A DNA stretch of 64,000 nt from Phoronis australis (GCA_002633005.1 NMRA01000576.1:1-64000), one strand, 5' to 3'; counted from the first letter of the stretch, positions 25,954 through 40,537 are shown. The notes: generated by a model from the sequence alone, not told the origin. Made by a program: numbers and translations.

Positions 25954-27234
25954 TGAGTCAATCCATCCTGAATTAGTGCAGGTAAAAATTGTACCAGTGG
26001 GTGCATCAACTTTCAAGGAATCACACAGTCTTTTCCTCTTGAAGATGAGCATCGGGAGGATGTATTGGCCAATGGCAGAATGACAGTGGACACCTGTAGT
26101 ATTTGTTCCTCGTTCAGTGGTTGTTGCTGCTCCAACATGGCGTTTCCCTTTCGTTGAGATCACTTTCGATGGCTTTTGCACGTAGAATGTCCAGTTTCAT
26201 CCATATTAAACACTCTGTCAGCAGTAAATCCGTGTAATTCAATTAGCTCGTAATATTTATCGAAGAAATCTGAAACAGCTCGGCGGTTGAAACCAGTATA
26301 TGTAGCTTTTGGGATGCGCAGACTGAGTTCTGGATGTCGTCTCATAAAGCTGTAGTACCAGGTTTTATTGACTGTTTTGTTTCACTAAATTTATGGATGC
26401 CATGGGATTTTGCCAATTGATATGCAAGTTTCATAAGATCTTTTGGTGTGATACCAAAAAAAGATCGTCAAGATCTTTTATGTGTTCTACCAAATCAGCT
26501 TCTATTTCTGTAGGCAAAACTTTTGGGCCTCCGTGTAACTTGGTATGTTTTGCGTACTTATTCAGACCCATGCGGTGACGGCGAATAGTTGGCTTTGGGA
26601 TACCAAATAGCTCAGAAGCAGCGTTAAATCCAAATCCTTCATCCATAGCTTTGAGACAGTTCTGCATATCCTCCGATGTCCATGACGACGGCGATGGCAT
26701 TTTTGCTGAAAGTAAAAAAATAGTACTAAAAAGTAAGAAAAACAACACATTACCTACTCGTATCACGTTTTGTGTATCGTACCTCTTGGTTACATGTATC
26801 GTACCCCGGGTACCATACCCGTGACCTGTAGTGGTACGACACTCGTGACACTGACCTACTTGTATTTTCAAACACGTGGGCTGAAAATATTTGGCACGCG
26901 ATTTGGCAACCAGAAATTACACCATACAAAGAGATGACGAGAATGAGCTATCAGATGGCACATCGGTTCACTCATTTGCTATACTTGTTGTTGTCTTATC
27001 ACATTATTCATGGGAGCTAAAATTTACATCAACATGTCAAAAATGTCAAAAAAGTGGAAAATGCTAACCGTTTTTTACCGGGTTGTCTGCTCGACATTTT
27101 GCTTGGTTTTCTGTTGTCGCCGTCTGAGGTCGCTAAAAATAATCACTCTTTTGGGTGGCAAGCATACATAGATTGGCGGGAAAATACGTGGTACGATAGT
27201 GATAAATGGTACGGAACCGGTAACTTTCCCCTAC
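25954..27234 (-). mobile_element. pogo/Tigger-like (Tc1-mariner) transposon, left end and frameshifted transposase, truncated at the array border
   Basis: HTH_psq-like WTSEDM...AASELFGIPKPTIRR, CENP-B-like HTH, VFNMDETG, SAIGQYILPMLIFK...NSGWID; terminus TAGGGGAAAGTTACCGGTTCCGTACCA. Confidence 0.88.
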
Positions 27235-29572
27235 AAAGCAGTGTGTTAGAGCGCACAACAGAATGAACACGATTTAGCAAAGGTGTGTTGCAGTTGTGTC
27301 TCTACTTACAAATTACAATAGGCCTACATGTATTATTTCTGAACAAAGGATATGGTACCCTTTTAGTATTACAAATCCTAATGAAATACATTACCTTCAT
27401 GTAGAACTGTTTTGCAAAGATATAGGCCTACTTGCCGTACCTATTCTGATCCATGAAGTGAACCCACTCGTGGGACAGAAATTGTAAATATGGAAGATAT
27501 CGGCGTGAAATACCATCACATTTAAATTATACCCCACCCCAATGTGTACGGGCGCACTAAATGGTGTTCAATTGTATAAACCAAGAATGTTACACCTAAG
27601 GGGCGGAGAACTGAGAGCTGCTAAGACATCGCACACTGCTGTTGAAAAGTACGCGGTTTGAAGGAGCTCAAACGCAATGAACACTACTAATCAACGCTTC
27701 ACAATGTTTCGCCAAGAAAGTCGTTGGTCCGCAGAAACTCCACATTGATATTTGCAAACACTGTCAGCAACATTTACACCAGTTTCCGTCTTTTCGTTTA
27801 CATTTCCGAGCTGTTAAGCTACAATTCTTAATTATGTACATGTGCCTCGTTTTAGTCGCATGCACTCACATGCACACTGCTCGACAAAACTCGGGTAGCC
27901 CCAGGTAGTGCGCTTCACCTGTTCCAGTGTTTTCACGGCCATATGCGCATAGAATAAGCAGCTAACCTTTGACACCATTTGAACTCTATTAGTATGTTGC
28001 CTGAGGTAAAGACCCGTGTCTTCGAAACCCCGAAAATGTAGTTCTCCATAAGCCTTTCTGTTGAGTGAAGATTTTTACTCCAGTCGAGACAAATTGCCTG
28101 GGGTGGTGAGAACATTTCAATCTCCTCACCACCACGTTCATGGATGGGACACCACGTATTTTGAAAAGAACTAGAGAAACGTTTTGTCAATCATTGTATT
28201 TTTTTAACAATGCCATTGATCATTCAAACTATAAACTCCATAATTTGTATATCTAACACCCTGAAATAGTGCCTATTGTTCTAAAACGGTTGGCAATTTC
28301 TGTCATGCTCTACAAGCAAAATCCCTTGTTGGTTTTGAAAATAAGCGATTTAATTCAAAATTCGATGAGTCAGTCGGCTGCCGTGTACGAGGTTATCCAT
28401 TTTATTGTATTTTGAGTAGCAACAACTTGCTGCGTCAATTTTGACGTCAGTAAACAAACAACTGTTGCAGCTCAAGCGCCACGAACGCATCCATTTCTGA
28501 TAACGACAGCGATTGTGAAGAGGAGGTGAATCACAAAGGAGGAACATTGCAGTAAGTTGCTTCACCTGTTTCATCTAAAATCAGCAATTTCTTTACTTGG
28601 GGTGAAACGTTGACTTTCTATATAAAGTTAAATTTCCCATTACCCTCCATCTAAAATGCTGATTTAAGTTACTCAATTGAATGAAACGTGTTTCAAAACT
28701 TTCCATATCATGATGACAATATCCATATTATCCACTCAAGGCATTTAGGAAACGAAAAGACTGCAACAGAGCAATTGAAATTTCAGAGGATGGACTAAGC
28801 CTTCTAAATTTGGCTGTGTTGTAACAATCGCTTTGTCTCCCAATTCATTTGGATACTGGAAACCAATTGCTATCATGGCAAGAGCAACTTCGTGTATTAG
28901 AGTTTACTAACCACTATTACATGATTTCCATTTGTTGGCCGTACGCAGAGAGCAAATGGCCTTTTAAAGTCTACCGGTAATTTAATATTTCGTAGAGTTG
29001 TATTTAGACCGTACGTAGAGAACATTCTTTTTTAAACGATCGAAAGGAGTAATTATAGCAGACGCTGAGGAAAGAAGAATAAACGGTCTCTTACATTTTC
29101 CGCCTTTGCTGTGGATGATAAAATAGGCGCAACAGGATGTGGCGTTCAGTCACACACGAAAATACGCAGCTGGATTCTCAATAACGGCGCAGTTGCCATG
29201 TTCATGAATAGTTTGACAGTATACACCTACTTACATTTTTGTTCTATGTAGTACTCATTAAAAGTAATCGGGTAATGCTCGGTATGTAAAGTAATAACGC
29301 ACGAGTGCATGGGTAGTTCACTGCCACAGTAAGTGACCCTTAAAATCTCATAAATTTTCGTTTTCAGTGACGAAAATAGCATTTTTGGGATTATTCTGTG
29401 ATGAGATAGCCTTCTTGGAGTCATTGCTTTTGACCATTGGTATAAAAAATAACATATGTTATGTTTTTATTTAACTACGCGTCGCTAATTCTTCCTGTTC
29501 TCTGCCAGATACTTGATGAAATCGAATCCGGTGACTTTCCTAGTCAAACACGCCTCAAATACTTGCTTTACT

Positions 29573-29745
29573 GGGGTTTAGCTCCGCCAGTAGAGCGCGA
29601 AGGTTCTATTCCTCGCAGATACTGGTCTAAGATTTTTTTTCTCGCCGGTAAAGTACCTGTAAGATGTAGAACTGCAGTTGTCACCTATCATTTGAATGAT
29701 TAGGACTTCGAGATGATCTTTCATCCGATTATTTCAGGCGTGTAG
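29573..29745 (+). mobile_element. Possible degenerate tRNA-derived SINE
   Basis: A-box-like TAGCTCCGCCAGTAGAGCG and B-box-like GGTTCTATTCC, closer together than normal. Confidence 0.35.
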
Positions 29746-29760
29746 TGTAGACATTGCGTA

Positions 29761-32700
29761 TTTTTTATACATTTATTGGCAATGACAAAAAACATTACAA
29801 TACCACAAAAAGACAAAGAACACCACAGACACGCACACACACACATGCATACCCCACAACTAATCCTCTTGATTGCTAAGAAAAACCGTTTCAAAGTTAC
29901 ACCATCTTTTTGTATAAATTCTGAATTCAAATCCTTATGAGCATTATACTCTTCACTTATATAATATTCTTTGATGAAGTCAAAAAATCTTTTTGATCTG
30001 AACTTTTGGGTATAAATAAACTGTTTACCCAATAATAAAACAATGCAAAATTTTCTTTTTTATCAAAAAATAACGTTACAGGAGAGAGTGCCGACACACT
30101 GGGGATTTGCTTTGTTTAGAATTTCGTTATTAACTTTTGTCCAAAATGAATTTACTGTTTCACATTCCCAAAATAAGTGTTTCAAAGTCTCTTTCGATTG
30201 TCCACAAAAGGAACAAGAGTCGTCATCCGTAACTTGAATTATTTTTAAAAATGAGTTAGTAGTCAAAATTCTTGTCAAGAGTCTGAACTGAAGCCACCTA
30301 ATTCTTGGGTCTCTTGTTGTGTTATATAGAAGGGAATAAACATCTTCCCATGAAAAATTAGTTGTGTTTACGTTCAGTTCGTTGGCCCATTTTGACTCCG
30401 CTTTTGAGACTTCGGAACTATAATTTAATTGTGTACAGATATGTTGACACCCTCTCAAACCACTTTTCAGTTTCATTAAAATCATTGGCATAACAGGACA
30501 ATACGCATCAAAACTAACAACTCTATCAATAGCACATTTCTGTTGGTACTTAAAAGTCACTGCAATTAGACTATTATGCTCCACAAAGTTCGTTTTGATA
30601 CCTAAAACGCCCACAATAAATCTATAGTTCAAAATATTACCGTCTGGGGAAAACAAGTCCTTTATAAAGACTGTGCCTCTATTGCACCAGTTCCTGTAGA
30701 AAATAGTTTTGCTCCTGCCTGCAGATCACTGCTAAACCATAAAGGTTGGTTAAGAAAATCTGATTTTTGATATTCAAACAATTTCCAAAGAAGATTACAC
30801 ATTCAAAAAATCTTTCCGGACGTGATTGTCAATATTAGGCAACTTTATCTTGAGAAAGTCAACTCCGTACTTAGCGAAATTTCTAAATTCAGGAAAAATC
30901 AAATGACTGACCGTTTACAAATTTTATTAACATGTTAATATTTAAAGCCTTACAGAATGAAAATATGTTAATCATTCTGATACCTCCTTCATTGTAATTA
31001 TAAACAGCTCGGGAGCGCTTAATATTGTCACTGCGACCTTGCCAGCGGAATTTAAAAAACCTTGAGTTCAGTTTTTCTAGAATATGTTTCGAAGGTTGTG
31101 GCAAGGATATCAGAAGATGTACAATTTTTGAAACCGCAAGCGCCTTGATTACTGTAATCCTCCCGAAAGGCGTCAAAATTCTTTTGGACCAATTTTTCAA
31201 AATTAATTCAATATCTTTCAAGTTCGCCAAGTAATTCTGGTCTGCCATATCATGTAAGCTGAGTTGGAAATTAATCCCCAAGAACATGAAATTTGTTTTG
31301 GTCCATGATAACTGTTCCCTGACAGGAGGAATTTTTTCAACACTGTTCTCCATGCTGCCAAACCAAATGGCTTTTGTTTTTTTCTACATTGACCCTGAGG
31401 CCGGAGAAATGAGCAAACAGATTTAGAATATTTAAAGTAGACCGTAAAGACGACTCTGAGCCATCTAAAATAATAGAAGTTTCATCAGCATATTGAATTA
31501 GTAAGTATTCCCAATCCATAATTTTGATTCCATTTGTATTTTTGTTGTGTCTGATCATGAGAGCCAAAATTTCCGCACAAATAATAAATAGATAAGGGGA
31601 TAATGGGTCACCTTGTCTGACTCCACTCTGAATATTAAACCAACGAGAAGGTTGGCCATTAACACATGATTTGACATTTTTGTAGAAAACTTTGACCCAT
31701 CTCTTAATTGACCACCCAAAATTAAAAAAGACAAAGCTTTTTCAATAAAACTTCAAGAAAAAGAGTCAAAGGCTTTTTCAAAATCTATAAGAAGTAGTAA
31801 CCCAGGTATTTGAATCTTCTAGGAATAATAGAACAGATCGTATAGCACACGAATGTTATCAGCCAAGTTCCTTCCCGGGATGTAGCTACTCTGATCCTCA
31901 TGAATAATTTTCCCTAGCACAGACTTAATGCGTTCCGCAATTGGTGCAGACACGATTTTGTAGGTTACATTGAGAAGAGAAATAGGACGCTAGTTTTTTT
32001 AGAAAATGTTGACTTTTGTCTGCACTTTTGGGAATGCAGGTAATAATACCCTCTTTCTGAGTGGATGGTAATTGACCCACATTAAAGCTGGTATTTATAG
32101 ATCGGAGTACAAAATACCTATATCATCCCAAAAGAATTTAAAAAATGGTAAACCCATCAGAGCCAGGACTCTTATTGTTTTTCATTTTTTTTCAAACATT
32201 TGGTGATTTCCTCATAGGTCAAAAGACCTTCAAGTTTTTTTCATTTTCATCAAACCTAGGACATGTTACCTTTTCTAAGAAATCGCCTAAGTTATCACCA
32301 GTAGCTGTCCTAGCTCTATAGAGATTTTCATAAAAGAGAGCAGTCTCTTGTATAATTTCAGACTGATTTCCTATTTTTGTATTATCTGACTTCCACATGA
32401 AGGGCATGTGTTTACTTGTAAAATGCCTATTTTCTAGGTGTAAAAAATATTTGGAGGGGACTTCCTCGATCCATCTCGCTTTGGACCTGATCATATTGCC
32501 ATACAGTCGTTGTTTCCTCAGCTCAATCAACTGAGAGCGCTTCTCGGCAATGAAGCCTGTGCCCAAATTTTCCGCTTTTTTCTAATTTATCGATTTCGTG
32601 TAAAAGCACAGATTCTGATTTGTTCACCTGTTTTTTAAATAACTAGAAAAACAAATGGTTTGACCACGAATCTCCATCAGAAGAGTTTCTAAAAATAGTT

Positions 32701-33990
32701 GATCATTAATACATAACTGCAGCTCACTGTCTCCAATGTTATCTATGACACAATCTTTATCATAGACATATTGTAGTTTAACACGCTTGATAACTTCTTT
32801 TACAAGAGTTACATATTCCGAATTATTCAAGAGAGAATTATTAAATTTCCTAAATGTTTTATTTCCTTCTGTGGAACACAAAATTTAAATGATAAGGTTA
32901 CCATCGAGTGATCTGTTCTATAACCAGTTTCAATTCTGGCTTCGTCTGACTCCGCCCGTAAATCTTCAGAAATCAGAAAAAATCTAGACGGGAACGCTTA
33001 ATGCCAGATCGCCACGTAAATTCAGCACTACTAGGATTTAACTCGCGTCATGCATCAAAGAGAGAAAATTCGGAGCAGATTTTCAAAACCATATCTCTTG
33101 ATTTTGGATTATTTACATGACGATAATTACGAGTATCAAGCACTTGATTTAAAACTAAATTAAAATCACCCGTCCAAATAATCGGATGATTAGCAAAGTC
33201 AACAATCCTTTAGGATACTCGCTCGAAGAAATCGGGATCGTCTTTATTTGGACCATAAGTATTCACTATCGTTGCAATTCTATCATTTACAGCTATATTG
33301 AGTAATAGCATATTGCCATTTCCATCTTGTTTTTATTAAAAAATATTGAATTCAAAATTATTATTCAACAAAATTGCCACACCCCTAGAATTAGACTTGT
33401 AAGAGCTAAAAAAAAACATTTGTATCCCCACGTTGACGTGATAAATTTCTCGTTTTTCTGCAGAAAGTGAGTACCTTGCAGACAATAAATTGAGTATTTT
33501 TTTGTTTAAGAAAGTTAAAATCATCTCTTCGTTTTTCATGGTGACCCAAACCATGACAGTTTAAAGTCGGAATTTTTATGTGCTCTGACATAATGCTACT
33601 TCAAATGAACTAATGAGAGGGCCCTCGTGATCAGCACCAGTTAAACTAAGTGACCTATTACATAACATGGAAACCTCGAGCAAAAACAAACAAACATCAC
33701 ACTTCAAAATCCCTCCAAATCCTTCGGGTCCTTCACTTGGTGAATACAATCAGTCTTTTCTTTCAAATAAATGCTTCCGTCTCTGGTCCAGTAACTGTTA
33801 ATACGGGGATCTAGATCTCTGACTACCTTGAAAAGCACGGTTCTCTTCTGCGTAAGACTCTCATTGATGAAAATGCTAGGCCTACCCGCATCTCCTAATC
33901 GCAGCATTCTTCTGTTCCGGATAAACTCTGAACGGGCATTATATGTTGTGAATTTTACAACAATAGGGCGAAGCTTCTGGCCCTGGGGGT
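29761..33990 (-). mobile_element. Tx1/L1-clade LINE with complete but degraded ORF2 and the ORF1 C-terminus
   Basis: ORF1 RPIVVKF...IFINESLT (33704-33990); APE start MSEHIKIPTLNCHGLG, SNSRGVAILL, RSKARWIEE, QYADETS, LTPFGRITVIKALA, CSFCGQSKETLKHLFWEC; (TG)n, AATAAA and A-tail at 29761-29846. Confidence 0.93.
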
Positions 33991-34012
33991 TGACTTTGAG
34001 GATTTATTTCAG

Positions 34013-34680
34013 AAACAAAGAGGAGTGTGGTGCATTGGATTGGAAGATTTTAATTTCCTCCGTGGTATTTTTTGTTGTGGTAGCAGTAACGACTTACTTA
34101 CTTACTAAAGAAAACCCATCATACGAAACCGTGGAGCATACTGATTCATCACATCAGGCTAGTTTAAAAGAACTCAAAGATGATTACAAAGCGTTGAAAA
34201 ATAATTTTTTTTCTCTCGAGGGGAAGTTCATGCGCTCACAGAAAGTAAACGCAAGATTACGTTCGGAAATAAGCAAGTGCGCGACGTATCCTGAGAGAAT
34301 TTCAGGTGTTGAATTCCTAGCTGAGAGACTTAAACAAAACGCAGTGAAAATGGATAAACTGCAAGAAGCAATGAAAAGAGAGAAGGCTAAAGAAGGAGAC
34401 CTAAGGAAGAAAATTTTGGATATCAATGCTAAAACTGACTCAAGCCTCAACCGACAAGAAGATATTGAGAGGAAGTTTGAAAATGAACGTAGAAAAATCG
34501 AGGACACTGTAACATACCTTGACAATCAGGTCAAACAAATAGCATGGCGAACAGAAACTACTGGAAAAAAACGCCTGTCCTACCTGAGGAACGAAATGAT
34601 AAACATGCAAAATTCAAAAGACACAGAATTTCAGGCAAAACTACTCAAGCTAGAAAAAGACCAAGACTTAGTACTGTTAG
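34013..34680 (+). CDS. Internal exon encoding a transmembrane helix plus a long coiled coil
   Basis: Acceptor TTTATTTCAG|, donor TAG|GTAAGT; ~222 open codons; hydrophobic ILISSVVFFVVVAVTTYLL followed by a K/E/L-rich heptad-like region. Confidence 0.75.
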
Positions 34681-35559
34681 GTAAGTCCTGCTATTTTGCA
34701 CCTTAGCATACGTTTTTGCTATCGACACTTGTACTATTGTAAATGTTAAGAGAATCTCGGCAGAAAACGTCTAATATTCCTTAACCTCAAAACTGCGCCA
34801 GCTAGGTTCAACGATTCCTATGGATCTAACAAAACGCCTACACACTCGTACGTGCACGCAATCGTCACTGTGCGTTGTGGATTTCACAGAAAATTTCGTG
34901 ATTTTAAAAAGCAGGAGTTAACATTACATCCAAGTTTTCTGCAGATGATTGCATTCTACTTGAAATGCACGCCCTGTCAAAAGTATACGTTGGAATGCTT
35001 AATCAGTTGTTTTTCTTTAAATAAATCTGAAGTGTTCTCCCACGACCTCCATATAAAAGCGTGCTTTGCACACTTGCTAGTGCATATGACGACTGCCAAG
35101 CATTCAGCCATACCAGTGTCACGCACACGTTCCCAAAAGAATTTTTTATCAATTCTATACAGTCATGTGCATGGGTGAAGCTATACATGGTTTCACATTA
35201 TGAAAACCACGCCTGATACAAATGTTTCTCTTCATAAATATGCATATACACTCTGATTTAAATGGTAGAGAAACATGTTTTTCGTCCAGAATCTGATTAC
35301 CTTTGATGTGTCAAGTCTGTTTGCATTAGTTCGTAACGGGACATTTTCCGTGACACACCAAGTGTACATGTATACCGGGGAAACAGATTGTGCAGCTATT
35401 GAATACGCCTAATAGAGGAAGATTCCGTTTTCCTATGATGAGCTTTGAATTTTTGGGACATGTATTGAAAATGAACAGAAACGCAATAGTCAGTGTCAAA
35501 GTAACGAGTTGGGTGTCGAAAAGGGAATTGCTACCCCCGCCCTTGGTTAGGTACAAACC

Positions 35560-37630
35560 AGATTTTGCTTACCCAAAAAAACTGCTTGCACTCCTCCAGT
35601 GGGTGCAAGCGTCCTCGAAACATTTGAAAACTGTTCGATTCATGACAAGGCTTGGCTGTGCGCCCATGACTTTTTAAACTGTTGGGTTGCGCGACACATG
35701 GTGGTAGACACAAGTTTCAAGAATACAATCGCTTCATGCTGTTGGTTGAAATGGTTATTACGCACAAACTACATGTACTAACGAAGCAATAGAAAGTATA
35801 AATTGGGAGTGCATAAGATTTTTCATAAATATGGAAAGCCTTCGTTCTATCGGTTAGATCAGGAATTGCAACTACAAGGTGAACTATTCCAGGATCTATT
35901 TCACGAGATTTAAAAGGGGCCAGTAGTAAAACTAATGGAACAGTTAACCGGTTCTAACATACAAATAAATCTCACATTTAATTGAGTTGCGCGGTAAACA
36001 AAAGCTCATTCATATTTATTGTCAAAAGATTAAATCTTGACTGCAATCGCTGATTGGCTGATATGTCAGTGACGTGTGTGGAGCTCGATTATCACATATA
36101 CTGCTGTGCCATATTGTGAAGAGTTTGCATCGTGTTTTATCATTGTATCACCCGTTTTATTTTTTACTGTTTGCCACAGTGCTGTAAAAGGTTCGCCATG
36201 TCTTTTTGTATGGCTCCTGGTTCTCTTTGAAAAAGGTGTCTTCTAATGGGGTGGACATTACATACCATCGATTGCACTAGCCTTGGCCCAAAGCTCTGTA
36301 CTAAATATGCAGGTTTGCGCCGATAAGGGTAAAAAATGGACAATTAAAATCTGACGCAAAATTAGTGTCATTAAAACTGATCTAGTCTTCCATGAGATGT
36401 TGGAAAGTTAGCGTTCGATGTCGTTAATCGGCTGTCTCTAAAATTGTGATGCGTTCTCTTGAGTCGGCTTTTGGCGATTACGTCACCTGACCTTGGCCAG
36501 TTTCTTTTCCCCCCAACTGTTCTTCGCTGCTGGCACAAGGTTGCGTACTATATGCTGCAACAAATTATAGGTACTTTTTTCCTTTCGTTACAAGTTTTTA
36601 GTGTTTGAATACCAGCAAACGGAATTTTAGAACAAACCTTGCTGTTGCGAAGCTGTCATCGTCTCCCAAAACACCTTCCAAAATTTTAGGAAATGGCGCG
36701 TGCACCGTGTCATGAGCTTGCTGTTTTTTTGAAAACAGACCACATACTTTTCTTTGTTCCAAATTATGCTAGAAAATGACGTTTATTTGATTGTTTGTTT
36801 TCCACTTAAGCGGATGCAACGAACAAGGTGAATGTCGGTTAGCGATAGTTGAAAACTAACCAACCCTTCAAGTTTACAGAGCTGAGTATTTAGTGGCTGG
36901 CAGCTGGCTGGCGGGCAGCTGGCTGGCAGGCTAGAGTCCGCACTGCCCACAGTCACACCAGTGTAAATTGTTGATACGCACTGCATGGTCGCACTGGCAA
37001 ATTTTTGTCTGACGATGACCACGATTGAGTATCACTTTGTGTTGCCTCGGCTCAAACAGGTATCCCTGCTGGCCCCCCATTTCACACTAAAACATTTCAT
37101 TTCGACAATTTAAAGAACGGCATTTGACTGCACGCTAAAATAAGACTCTGACTTTACCCCACTAATACGTCACGAGAAGCAGCGCTCCAAGCGGGTGACT
37201 TTTCTGGTTTACTTAGTTTTCTTTTTTGCTACTGAAATTAATCAACAACTCATAGAAAACTATGTAAAATTCATTCAGAACAAAATGCAGTTCCTTTTTA
37301 AAACTTACATATAAGACAGAAATTTGATCTTACGCTCTCACTTCCTACTTATCCAGAAGGTGCATACCTCCTGGAAACATTTGAAAACTGCTGGATTCAG
37401 CCAAGGTTTAGCTATGCACCCATAATGTTTGAAAACGTTGGGTTGCGCACACAAGTTTCAAGAATACTATCACTTCGTGCTGTTGGTTGAAGGGGTTATT
37501 ACGGAAACAATAGAAAACGTATTCATGCAGGATCATATTAAGATCTTTCATAAATATATAAAAGACTACATTCTATCGGTTAGTTCGGGAATTACAAATG
37601 CACGTTGAACTATTCCAGGATCTATTTCAT
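35560..37630. repeat. Diverged ~300-bp direct repeat pair (about 35560-35905 and 37340-37630)
   Basis: Shared GAAACATTTGAAAACTG, ACACAAGTTTCAAGAATAC, TTCTATCGGTTAG and TGAACTATTCCAGGATCTATTTCA. Confidence 0.85.
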
Positions 37631-40537
37631 GAAAGATTTTTAAGACTTAAGAAAAGAAATTCGGTGTTATGCTTTCAGTTCACAAATACTGAAAAAAGGT
37701 CAAGCCATTAGTAATTATGAGCGCACCAAGTCTAAAAATAAGGTACATAATTTATAAACATATTATAAGAAAAATTTTGACGTGTTCAATTATTTTCTTT
37801 TCCCTCATTTACCAACTTAACAAGACTGCGGCAGTCTTGGGGACAGGATTACATGTTTGTCCAAACCACTTTGTTCTATTTTTGTTTTTGCAGTTACTAT
37901 ATTGTGCATGGTTTTGTTGCTGGTATTCGGTTTCGGTCTTGCCCAACTATTGCCCAACTCCAGCAAAGATCAAAATCGCCTTCTAAACACCAAACCGTCA
38001 CCTCAACATGTTGCTGCAAGGGTAATATTTTCTCTTAACCATGGATGCTCATGAGTGCGAAATGTGAAATATGGGGTTTACTTATCTCTCTGGTCAACCA
38101 ACAAGAACAGTAGCGCCCTATGACTCACCTTGCTGGAACTAACCACCCATGCATTCAATGTGTCATAGCTCTGTGTTGATAGGTCGCTTGGCAAAATATA
38201 TATACGCTTATGAAAATTAAAAAATAACCATAAGCTATCTTCTCATTTCTGTTTTGTTTTTTGGTAACTTGAAGGACAGAATTCATGTCTTCCACATCAG
38301 GGGAAATCCCAAAACAAAATTTACCTCCGTGTATAGTGAGGTAACGCTGAACAGGTCACATCAATAGAAGAAAACTACTGATAGTGCGCATTTTTAGTTT
38401 TGTTGAAAGATCGTTCCTAACTGGTTTTATGCTAGTACAGAATGTGGAAATGTGCTCCAATGTTTACTGATTGCAGTGCTTACCGTCAACGCTGGCCAAT
38501 ATTGGAGTTTTCAAGCCATGGTGCGTTTGGCCGGATTTGTTAAAGAAAGTCACGCACTACCGATATTCCTTTGTAATCCCCCTCCCCTATCGACATTCAT
38601 TTGATAGTGTGATAGACCTCTCATGGGTGTTTGTTAGCAATAAACATGTGGACTCTTTGCTTAACATTTTTTGTCCTGAGAGATAGCGGGATTAGGGCCT
38701 TACTTCCGGAGAGCAGCACAAAATAATGTTTTCTGATTTTGATCATGGTAGCTCCAACAATCTGTTCCAGGGGATGTGCGAAGCCTGAAAACACGAACAG
38801 TGTACATGGCCAAAGTCTTCAAAAACCTTGTAAAAAGTTTACTGTAACTGATTTCAAAGTTATTTTCCATCTTTTATGACTCCAGGAAGTGCAAAGCGCC
38901 TACTTAAAAAACGAGCAAAAATACATAAAATCAGCAGTTTTCACCCAAAAGTCATCATGTGCATGTGGTTACTACGAGCTGAGAGACAGTGCATATAGAC
39001 TGCCAAACTCTCCAGATTACAGAAAACAAGAGAAAAGTGGATGTTGACCAGGATAACTGAATTTCCTGCTTGGTTTAGTAAAGGTTTAAGAAAAGCCTAC
39101 AATGAGCAAGAGGTTGGCAAGGGTGTCACAAATGGCAATCTTTCACTCAGAACAGACTCAAAAATATCACAAACGCCATTCTTAGTCTTCTCAAACAGCC
39201 CAGAATTAAAATACGAGTGAAACCAACAGGTGCCGTTTATAACAAAATCGGTGCAGAAGAATTTAACCGTGGTTCAAAAACCCTATTAAGTGCCACCTAA
39301 GATGAGATTTCAACCTAAGGAGCTTCTCTTTTGCAAAATGCAGCTCATCAAGGAAGACGTTCGTGGAGTGCATCACGATCGTACATGCATAACAATAATG
39401 CTTCTGCCTGTTACACTGCCAGTCTATGTCCCAAACGAACAGCTTAGCACTCACGTTACCGTGTTTAGTATCGTTTAAGGCAGGGCATAACTTCCATCGT
39501 AACACCGGTAACGTTTAAGGATACTAGTGCTTGAAGTATTACGTTGGTGCACTGTGATTGCTTAACTGGGACCAACAGTTTTCAAAATTACGTCGCAACC
39601 ACGCCTTATTATGTCATGATTGACGGCTTGCACGATCGGTACTGGAATCGTCGAATGCCTGCAGATGTTTAAATACCGTACATCGAAAATTGTTGACATT
39701 TTTGAAAGGTCTATATTGTATTAGGTGAGACGGCACGGCGGCGTTTTTAATTGTATGTGGCCAAAACTTTTATGAGATATTTTAAATTATCAATGAATCT
39801 CCATGAGAGAACCATCTCCCAATCGGTTTCGGCTGTGAGGTAGTTGATTTCCACGAGTGTGATTTTCGTGAGCAGCTCGGTCAAACGCACCTGTCTTGCA
39901 CAGTTTATTATATGAAAAGATCCAGCTTATTTGCGAGTGTTGGCGGTAAACAAAACACTGATCACTTGGCAATATTATCACATTTGTTGTAAGCATGAAT
40001 TAATGTCAGTTAAGAACAGATTTCAAACAAATCAATCCACATTTCAGATTTGTCACCCATAAGCATCTGTGGCTTACATTCCCTTAAGGTGGTTGCTGTC
40101 AAACTTGCTGCAAATCCTTGCCGTTCTCACGTTTGTTTGTTTCCTGAGTCTGGGATACTAATTATTTGAGACCAAGCTCGGCTTGTTCCCTGCGGCTGGG
40201 TTGCTAGTTGTCTGAGACCGTGGTCGCCTAGGACTGCCGGGTCGCGCAACTGAGCCACGCTTCATGCAGCAGCGAACTTCAAGTTCTTTTAATGTCAAGA
40301 AATCTAATTCTTTTCATAAATGCGAAACACATTTGGATGAGTTTGGCTCTAAGAATTCATACACGTGGCTTTTCGACGAAAGACGGGATTATGGCATTTA
40401 ACTACCTCGTACTATCTTCAAACTTTATGATGTTAACGGACAGTTTGTGTCCTGACTGTAAAAGTTGTTTGGTGTTTAATAGCTTTAATAGTCTACAACA
40501 TAGTTCAAATTTTGATATCTGATTGTGGATTTGGCAG

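Noticed and set aside
27660-28950. Possible decayed transposase coding region
   Set aside because: No recognisable motif could be read in any frame
33828-34706. 292-aa ORF as a single-exon gene
   Set aside because: The first ~55 codons are antisense LINE ORF1 and the end runs past a GTAAGT donor; only 34013-34680 looks exonic
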